Virus record (IMG/VR): IMGVR_UViG_3300023116_000009
Span: 122,088 to 186,087 of that record
DNA: 64,000 nucleotides
Source of the DNA: a virus
Direction: 5' to 3' (one strand)
The position numbers were made by a program, and so were the translations under genes. The notes under the pieces are model-generated. The model did no database searches and was not told where the DNA came from. It worked only from the letters and a program-made list of their open reading frames with translations. Below, in pieces: positions 58,101 through 64,000 of the stretch; within the stretch, counting starts at the first letter, position 1, and every line of letters starts with the position of its first letter.

Positions 58101-61100
58101 ACAACTAATGTGTGATTATAAGTTGTTGCTAACAATTCAACATTAGCAACAATATTTTGAACATTACCAGCAGCATCTAACGCAGAGTTTGTAGAAACAG
58201 AAACTATAGGATTGGATGTATATGCTGTTGCTGTTGGAGTATATACAACATCAACAATATTTCCCTCGGCACTAATGGTGAGAGTTGTTTGAGTATTTCC
58301 ACCATTATTCTGCAACTCATTATTAAAATACAGATAGTATTGAATTCCACCCTGAGTTCCTTCAGTATTTTCAATTTTTACAGCAGATACTTGGTTGTTT
58401 GGGTTCTTAGCAACCAAAATATCAACAACCCTCATCTTCTCAGTTCCAATCTGAATATAGTCACCAACATTATACTTGGAACTATCATATACAGGTACAT
58501 TATCTAAAATTTTAATTGAAGCATTGTTTGCATGAGTAGATTCTGTGCTAGCGATGCCTCTAGCAACAAGCAATCTGTTTGCACCCTGTACAGCAATGAC
58601 TTTCATAATCTCATTACCAATCTTAATATAAACTGGATTGCCCTGAGATGGGGTAAAATCGCTAATTGTTGCGTTCAGTAAATTATCAATTAAGAAAGTT
58701 GTTGTAGTGGTACTAATACCAGAAGATTCATTCAATTGGGCAGTTTTTTGTTGCTGACTTACAACAATTGTACCAACATCTGCACCAATAAGTTCAGAAA
58801 TAGATGTAGAGTCAATTGTTAAGTTTGTATTATAAAAAGATTCTTTATTTTGAGGATTTGGAGGAGTTCCAGTAACATTTTCCAAATATATTCTCTCATT
58901 TACAGTATCAATAGAATAAATGTCTGCTTGATATCCATTTGTGGTTTTAATAGTTGATCCAGCATCAAAATTGCCAATATCATCAGTATATTCTAAGTAA
59001 TCATATGTACTTTTACTTACGGCACTAACAGATCTACCCTGAAGGACACTAATGTATGCTGCAGCGTCAAATCCCTTAGTACCATCATTATTAAAATTGA
59101 CAACATCTCCAAGTTTGTAATTACTTCCAGGAGAACTAACTTCAACAAAATCTAAAGATGCTTCAGTTGATGTTGGAATTGAACTTACCTCAAAAAATCC
59201 AGCATCAATTGGTCTTGGTGCAATATTCGCATTAAACCTTAAATATCTTCTCAAATTTGGAATATTCTCAATAGAAGCAAATGATTTATTGTTGAACTCC
59301 ATATCAACAGTTCCCGCAAACTTAGATCCAACAAAATATGGGAATCCTTGTGTTGGAGAGTTTAGTTCCGCAGTTAAAAAGTACGCATAGACGCCATTTG
59401 GATATTCTGGTGTTTTTCCAAATCTACCATTATTAACATCTAAATCTGCATTCTTTGCGGTCCAAATATAATCCTGCTCAAACTCACCAATACTATATTC
59501 TGTAAGAAGACCTCCATCAGATTGACTATTTCTTCTTTCTGCTGGTAAGTTTGCTACATTAATCTTCTTATATCCAGATCGCATCTTTCTGATGCCAGAA
59601 TCTGGATCTTGAGGATTTAAATATCCATATGGTCCATAAATTGGCGCACCATCAAGTGCCCATCCAATAATTGGAGAATGATTTTGAGAATCGCTAAGAT
59701 TTACTTGAATTCTATCTCCAGTCCCTGGATCGAAAATATTCAACTTCTGAGGAGCACCCAAAATTGAATAACTTCTTAAAAATGTTTGATTTCCTTCATC
59801 ATCAGTCAAAATACCTGTAGGATCTGTATAAAATGCACCAGTATCATTTCTAATAAGATTAATAAGATCTGGATTGGTGTTATTTACTTGAGTCCAATAT
59901 TTTACGTTAGAATTCAACAATAAACCAGATCCTGGTTCAAAAATATCAATAACTGTTGAGGTTTCATTGTAATTAATTCCACCATTCAATATTTCAATTC
60001 CTTCGACCTGCTTACTTACACTATTCCAATTTGCAATGGCAACAGCACCAAATCCACCATTTACAGCAGAATCCGTAATTCTCACCAAAGGTCTGCAGTT
60101 GTAATCGGATCCACCAGAAACAATAGATGCTCCTATAATTTTTCCATTCTCAATAGATAAGATACCTGAAGCACCAGAACCTTTTTTCAGTTCAATAGAA
60201 GGATTTGATCGATAGTTTGTACCTGTATTAGAAATAGAAACAGAAGTTACTGGTCCACCAACTTGCAATTCAATATCTGCTCTATTATCAATGTTGACAA
60301 CAGGAGTAATGCTGACTGTGGGGGATTTTGTATATCCCTCTCCTGGATCAATAATTCTAACCTTTGTAATTTTACCATCAACGACAACAGGAGTTAATAC
60401 AGCATCCCTAAAAAACTTACCAGTAAAAGTAGTATCAGTTGGATCCTTAATAACGCTAATAGTGGTAGTTTTTGAAGGATATCCACTACCAGAAGATTTG
60501 ATATAAACTTCTTTAACTTGACCCTTAACAATTAGAGATGCTTCTGCTGGAACTCCACTCCAAACACTATCAACATTTAAAATAATATCATCATCACTAT
60601 CAACACCACCAACTAAACTCCCCAACAGTTTAACTTCCGCATTTGCGGCATAATCATTTCCTGGAAGTTCATCAACAACAGTTACATTATCAACACTTCC
60701 ACCAGCATTTCTGGTGACAACAAATCTAGCACCATATCCAAACTCACTAATTCCATTTACTGTGTATACTTCATTTGCTTCTGAGACAATTGTCGTAGAT
60801 TGGGTGACCGAAAGTGAACCAATTGCATTTAAAAATGGTCTTTCTACCAACAACTCTGGAGGTTGGTCAATACTAAAATTATCACCAGATTCTACAACAT
60901 CAATAGAAGTAAGACCTCCCCTAATAATTCTAAATTCACTTTTCCAGTTATGAACATATGAACCATCTCTTAAGATTCCAACTACATTATTTGGAGGTGT
61001 AGATATTTGCTGAGATTCAACAGATTTTTTAAATTGTTTAGGAAACTTCTTAAAAATTCTAGCATCTTTAATATCAATGGAATTTGTTTCCAAATAAGTT

Positions 61101-62524
61101 CCATTGGGGTCAATACTGTAATATGGAAGTCCAGAAGTGTACACATAAACTGATTCAGAGTCAGTGTATACTTGAGTAATTCCCGCAATAATGTCTTGGT
61201 TTAAACTAATTGGAGTTATATCATTAAATGTCCAATTAGTAACTAACAGGTTGGTCTCATCTATCAGATTGGTAACAAATCCTAAGTCACCTCTTTGATA
61301 ATACGTAGTGTTGTTGATAATTTCAAAATCACTGACACCAGCATAAATGACAAAATAAGATCCTTCCAAAATAGGACCATTTAATTCTTTAACTCTTGCT
61401 AATGTACTTACATCATAAACAACATCATCTACAGAAATTTTTAACGTAGGATTTCCTTCAAGTGGTAAGACAAAATAATTAAGTTCTCTATCAATATATG
61501 AATAAATCTTATCACCAATTCTTAATTCACCTTCATCTGGAAAATTATAAGTAGAGTCAACATAAACATAATAGTTTCCTTGAATTTCACGAACAGTGGT
61601 TACTACTTTAGTGAAATTTGTGGGAATGATATTCTTTCCATTTGCAATCTCTAATTCAAAAATTTGACTTGCGTATGAAAATACGTTTTCTACCGTTTGT
61701 ACTGGGAATTCTTTCACTCCCTGTACAAGAATTGCACCATTATCTGCTAAAGTTCCAAGATTGTAGTTATCTAGAGTTTCAATTCTAATGATTTCTTTAT
61801 TTTGATAAATTGCATCAGATGATGCCATCAAGAGGTCTCTGTAGTTGGTAATGCTTGCAACTTCTTGATATAAAAATTTAAAGTAGAATGAGATTGATTT
61901 TGGTGTACCTTTTGAAAGGTAAAAATCTTTAATATGCTTTAATACCGTATCAATATTAATTGTTTCAATATTGTCTTGAAGGACATTTTTAGGAAAATCA
62001 ATAAGATAGTTTCCTCTAATCCTTTCAAGAATAAAAAGGAAGAATGCAAACGTTTGATTAACTGCTCTGCTATTTGCAGCGTGTGGTGCAGCAACAGTTG
62101 GAACGTTTGATGTTAATTTACCATCAAGATCAAGATCATTGTAAGTATATCCTCTAGTACACCCAATAAACTTGGTACGAGCAGTTTCACCACTGCCTAC
62201 TAATGTACATCTCTTGTAAAGAATAACCTCATCATCAATTTTCAGCAATCCATCTGTTGGTGGATATACACCATGCTCATATACTTCAATTTCGGTTGAA
62301 GTTGATGTTATATCATCAGACAAGATTCCATATGTAGATACTCCTGTATAAGTATCAATATTAATTAAATCACCAACATTTCCAATGATATCCAATGGAT
62401 TACCATTGGTTTCCAAGAAGGCATAGTATTCTTTTAAGAATGCTATGAACGTTGGGTACTGTTGAGCAAAGTATTGAGATACTTGCCCTTCAATAGAAGT
62501 CGATACTTTTAAATCGTTAAACAT
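52175..62524 (-). CDS. gp7: Greatly expanded baseplate wedge initiator protein (3449 aa)
   Basis: FIAFLKEYYAFLE, LKHIKDFYLSKGTPKSISFYFKFLY, KIQDSNRYQKFAYQI, HPAGYKVF; lies between gp6 and gp8. Confidence 0.88.
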   Translation of the reverse strand: MFNDLKVSTSIEGQVSQYFAQQYPTFIAFLKEYYAFLETNGNPLDIIGNVGDLINIDTYTGVSTYGILSDDITSTSTEIEVYEHGVYPPTDGLLKIDDEVILYKRCTLVGSGETARTKFIGCTRGYTYNDLDLDGKLTSNVPTVAAPHAANSRAVNQTFAFFLFILERIRGNYLIDFPKNVLQDNIETINIDTVLKHIKDFYLSKGTPKSISFYFKFLYQEVASITNYRDLLMASSDAIYQNKEIIRIETLDNYNLGTLADNGAILVQGVKEFPVQTVENVFSYASQIFELEIANGKNIIPTNFTKVVTTVREIQGNYYVYVDSTYNFPDEGELRIGDKIYSYIDRELNYFVLPLEGNPTLKISVDDVVYDVSTLARVKELNGPILEGSYFVIYAGVSDFEIINNTTYYQRGDLGFVTNLIDETNLLVTNWTFNDITPISLNQDIIAGITQVYTDSESVYVYTSGLPYYSIDPNGTYLETNSIDIKDARIFKKFPKQFKKSVESQQISTPPNNVVGILRDGSYVHNWKSEFRIIRGGLTSIDVVESGDNFSIDQPPELLVERPFLNAIGSLSVTQSTTIVSEANEVYTVNGISEFGYGARFVVTRNAGGSVDNVTVVDELPGNDYAANAEVKLLGSLVGGVDSDDDIILNVDSVWSGVPAEASLIVKGQVKEVYIKSSGSGYPSKTTTISVIKDPTDTTFTGKFFRDAVLTPVVVDGKITKVRIIDPGEGYTKSPTVSITPVVNIDNRADIELQVGGPVTSVSISNTGTNYRSNPSIELKKGSGASGILSIENGKIIGASIVSGGSDYNCRPLVRITDSAVNGGFGAVAIANWNSVSKQVEGIEILNGGINYNETSTVIDIFEPGSGLLLNSNVKYWTQVNNTNPDLINLIRNDTGAFYTDPTGILTDDEGNQTFLRSYSILGAPQKLNIFDPGTGDRIQVNLSDSQNHSPIIGWALDGAPIYGPYGYLNPQDPDSGIRKMRSGYKKINVANLPAERRNSQSDGGLLTEYSIGEFEQDYIWTAKNADLDVNNGRFGKTPEYPNGVYAYFLTAELNSPTQGFPYFVGSKFAGTVDMEFNNKSFASIENIPNLRRYLRFNANIAPRPIDAGFFEVSSIPTSTEASLDFVEVSSPGSNYKLGDVVNFNNDGTKGFDAAAYISVLQGRSVSAVSKSTYDYLEYTDDIGNFDAGSTIKTTNGYQADIYSIDTVNERIYLENVTGTPPNPQNKESFYNTNLTIDSTSISELIGADVGTIVVSQQQKTAQLNESSGISTTTTTFLIDNLLNATISDFTPSQGNPVYIKIGNEIMKVIAVQGANRLLVARGIASTESTHANNASIKILDNVPVYDSSKYNVGDYIQIGTEKMRVVDILVAKNPNNQVSAVKIENTEGTQGGIQYYLYFNNELQNNGGNTQTTLTISAEGNIVDVVYTPTATAYTSNPIVSVSTNSALDAAGNVQNIVANVELLATTYNHTLVVEREVLDTSLADHVARSEVDRLFFSTATVTYYDENRILSKLNANDNGLVIRDEVTISAATKITESFDIYQTNLSNLQLSTGQLFNAAYPNGLVLYEGSKYEFNVSYTNNSYKPIDVKFYTSTDANTKKEYFDIEIIKVYDTSGRLEKFTLSPKDSDLTNLAMEVINLDNSNVTIIALNILAEPINGTYSVVNSGSGFFEVYTGTDPDPNGDLLSQYNQNTIKYTTTSETATGPINSVTLTNGGVNYEQVPRISSITTENGSGAILEAVSSNIGTISSVKAINSGYGYSPDPTQKPTLVFPTIVQLKNNFTVDRVEVSDGGSGYLFQPRIIVTGGGLIDESLNHAEFSANVVGQAIESINVIRPGTKYASSPTLTAEKYYYVSFISGEDISFNINFKEYFQENDAVKIRAYYFANAGDEATNTYSYVDSNLMYAYLGNVSLKVRSQGGSVNLQPLDQSNWSDDITNIITTPATGLYFEVINLERNALLTAIVIKSPFSESEKINVIRNIGNSSVVVGKGEVSTINGWQENNSILRIVNLTTKILENDEIVGLNTLALGIVDRVFVVETSAKLDAIVQTPKRFLGESSFLGSNALKIQDSNRYQKFAYQIGVQTPFVEWKENYLNALHPAGYKVFSKTEVISSPDISILSENFRPVDDPSTNYDERNLIKGSNSITTVGTTAAELVQLRRKYNFLVAKNEPNKFDSVLVENKLLTDVLNIKTAIVGVFDDISDQFDGVKTLFELKVVDPVTPTLNGFTNYIVDYEVDQMVVLLDNIVQTYGTSWEVIDADKVILFTAQENSGEQMPGGERLSYRQFNEANSIYTMNQNSTVEGDTFALNQQDGSVWPAGIFSAIDNNNYMVFVDGALQENANFTISAGGGSPTIEFPGETLPIGTQISVRYSSAFIKNELTNGVVNAGTPVTLSNVSTNPSSKQDYFVFVDGVIISPDDYELDSNKYPVFDYGFNYDTLQIIIDINGVSLIESYHDITDNNYTYKIEDGQLEIPLGFTINPEQYVVDIAGIVQTPYVVYNTRSSGVRKIRFFEAPTRYILPDAASDRSEIGRQFIGLLYERQDPEGITTTPNYQFDDVSISRLHVKEGFENFVTGDYINTSTSSALIKNKSEEIITKSISIGVTNYSLTVGATVDITLTSQLRIAVGDRVQFNPALGLVSNASDELEITAIVGNVVTLTNIGSTTLTLNLPSNGNLKFIHREFVVIQIETTAPDRDDAFTQGDTLESGLISSLRTGTSSLLNEPYGVLEDDTTIDVDNASGFALNDYLVINEVEIVKVTNVSSNTLTIDRGQLRTEAVNHADNKVVEKIIPYTITVSSFQRGFDGDKTVFELKEKGARVNIETDKDIFVIVNGILQKKGANDSYVINILGTSPNEYSVLTFTEAPPEGAPFNVFYLGEVKALKDMSPLFNGTDRAFNLINPTNDEVFSLVSKSRPEANISANLLLFIDGSLQIPSTEEVGRVAAYPSTLAAYKLFGSIVEYSAPPKNGATFEGYIFVGSNDDFEEIDVDPPVERGDTIIQSNERRERAVNLIVSSDKLSVGSSFGQINNVSNASKPQLLDGSNGYWLTDLVQTADIRETLRVRRTLTSNILRFTNTPYPLTSPTLLTTPIPTLKISNISSDFPTSTDINAFISITLAENSSFPQRRVNCIYSDFAVRNELNTTDYTFTSSEVDLANDTIQVTSGTGIFESHGMTTGTIITYNNQSNPDFGGLTSGEQYYVKVIDQHTIKLASNKYNLDNEVYVNISANATGTHQIVAPDMDTISNLTFGFDLKFDQIVRLASTADNDTFGTLTTASAGEIGTLFILDSGSGFANGITNGVELLPLEPGDPGQNGTVNVTVEFGVVTSVEVVNRGSDYIDGQELRLNGFNNVKLKVSSIDSKIFYDNGTKTATVVGYTAGETLEGSSTTTRYLYVKLDDPLNPITTYAADPNAGTIVTCRNISHQVLDDDLMIDFQTISYNDLITYDF

Positions 62525-62526
62525 AG

Positions 62527-63999
62527 TTAACTAGATACGGGGATTTGTCCTACGCCTGATGTTCTGTTAGCAGATGAAATAGTGTCTAAAATTGAAGTAA
62601 CCTTAATATCTTCAGGTTTAATTGAAATATAAAGATCACGCAATGCTACAATATCATTTGACTTTGGAATCACTGAGAAAGTAATATACTCAAGGTCTCC
62701 TACAACAGAATTAATATTAATTGCATTAATATTTATTTCGCCCTTCTCATAGTCAATTGTACCTGCGTTCTTAGAGTAATAAAGTTTTTCTCCACCACTA
62801 ATTTTATAAATTGCTAATCCAGATTCACCATACTTTTCAAAATAGTAAGTATTGACCACATCCTCTCCAGTAATCTTAAATCCACTAGACATAAGATCAG
62901 TGTCGTTTGAAATTCTATTGCCGTAGCAAATTTCATACGAAGCAAAGACATTTGACAGCACTGGCATATTCTTCTTCATCCTAACTCGTGTAATGTTAGA
63001 AGTGATACCAGGATCAGTATCATCAATTTCTCCTACGAGTTTACTATACTTGAATTTTCCGTTAAATCTGTCAAGATCGTTAGTATCGCCAAAATTAGCA
63101 ATAACTTTTCTGATAACTTCTGCAATTTGCTGTGAAGTTCTTCTTGTTTTGTTATTATTGTAATAAACAAAAGATTCAATTTCCAAATACAGATATGAGG
63201 GGTCAATAATTTCAGGAATAACCGAAAGAATGGTATATTCTCTAATTGACTTCTGTAAATTCTGTTTTCCTGTTGTGGTTAGTGTTTCTGCACCGTATGG
63301 TTTTGCTGCAATGAAAACTTTACCATATTGAGGTGGACTTGCGTCTTCACCACCAAAAACTGACAGTGCTTGAAGGTTTGGATACAATTGAGAAACTAAA
63401 GTTTCATAATCCCTAACAGTGACTGCTCTCTGCTGTGCAGAATAATACCTTGGAGCAAAATATTTAATAGATGTAATGTTTTGAGGTTCTGCTCCACCCG
63501 CTGAAGGAGAGTTTATTGTGATAGTTGGAGTTACACTGTCAAAATTTTGACCATTGAAATTGAATACTCCTGTAAATTCAAAATTAGCACATCCATTAGC
63601 ATCAGATTTGTTATTGACAATATATTCAATGTCTACTTGATCATTATTTTTAAGTTTGCGACCAAATACGTCATCTCCAAAGATGAGTTCAAATTGTTCA
63701 TTCTTATTCTCTTGAATAAAGTAAATTTTATCATCTGCAGTTATCGTTGTAAATTGTCCTGCCTTTTTATAAGTAAGAGGAACATTAAAATTGTCCTCTC
63801 TTACGATAACTGTCAAAAGATCAACATCAGCATCTGCACTTGGGATGATAATTTTTTGTCTTGTTGAAGAATCAATTGGATATACAACTCTCAGAAGGTT
63901 TCCTTGGTAAATATCAATCTCAGAAAACCTTACTTTGCGTCTTCCGTCAGTATCAACAAACGCTTCTCTGGTAACATCATCCAAAACAGAAAATACATA
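62527..63999 (-). CDS. gp6: Baseplate wedge subunit (5' end outside the window)
   Basis: FELIFGDDVFGRKL, SIKYFAPRYYSAQQRAVTVRDYE, PPQYGKVFIA, KFKYSKL, GTIDYEKGEI. The frame stays open to the window edge, so the track's TTG start is internal. Confidence 0.95.
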   Translation of the reverse strand, partial: YVFSVLDDVTREAFVDTDGRRKVRFSEIDIYQGNLLRVVYPIDSSTRQKIIIPSADADVDLLTVIVREDNFNVPLTYKKAGQFTTITADDKIYFIQENKNEQFELIFGDDVFGRKLKNNDQVDIEYIVNNKSDANGCANFEFTGVFNFNGQNFDSVTPTITINSPSAGGAEPQNITSIKYFAPRYYSAQQRAVTVRDYETLVSQLYPNLQALSVFGGEDASPPQYGKVFIAAKPYGAETLTTTGKQNLQKSIREYTILSVIPEIIDPSYLYLEIESFVYYNNNKTRRTSQQIAEVIRKVIANFGDTNDLDRFNGKFKYSKLVGEIDDTDPGITSNITRVRMKKNMPVLSNVFASYEICYGNRISNDTDLMSSGFKITGEDVVNTYYFEKYGESGLAIYKISGGEKLYYSKNAGTIDYEKGEININAININSVVGDLEYITFSVIPKSNDIVALRDLYISIKPEDIKVTSILDTISSANRTSGVGQIPVSS

Positions 64000-64000
64000 A

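Noticed and set aside
63982-63984. TTG start of gp6 as given in the ORF track
   Set aside because: The frame is open to the window edge and the N-terminal part of gp6 is missing, so this codon is internal.
1-64000. Plus-strand ORFs and short out-of-frame minus-strand ORFs in the track
   Set aside because: They lie wholly within well-supported minus-strand genes, have no recognisable motifs or RBS, and are expected shadow ORFs.
1-64000. CRISPR arrays, tRNAs, rRNAs, introns, inteins, transposases
   Set aside because: No spaced direct repeats or cloverleafs were seen. gp17, gp20, gp21 and gp23 are uninterrupted and of normal length. Intergenic gaps are too short for such elements.

Overview
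A 64-kb piece of the virion structural module of a T4-like myovirus, most likely a marine cyanophage (inferred from gene order and protein sequences). All credible genes are on the minus strand. In transcription order: gp6 (partial), a giant gp7-like baseplate protein (3449 aa), gp8, a VrlC/DUF4815-like protein (2102 aa), small structural ORFs, fibre-like proteins of 739, 3083 and 3508 aa, two LamG/ConA-like lectins, a 1173-aa fibre, then gp13, gp14, gp15, gp16, gp17, gp18, gp19, gp20, gp21, gp22 and gp23 (partial). Fourteen T4-type late promoter motifs (TAAATA) sit just upstream of genes. I saw no tRNA, rRNA, CRISPR array, intron, integrase or reverse transcriptase. The most notable signal is in the 3508-aa fibre. 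It carries three copies of a helical domain that align by eye with the phycocyanin-beta globin fold and keep equivalents of both bilin-attachment cysteines and both chromophore-binding aspartates, suggesting a possibly pigment-bearing virion appendage. The 3083-aa fibre carries two cupredoxin-like modules with complete His/Cys/His/Met ligand sets. All family assignments come from recalled motifs, not database searches.
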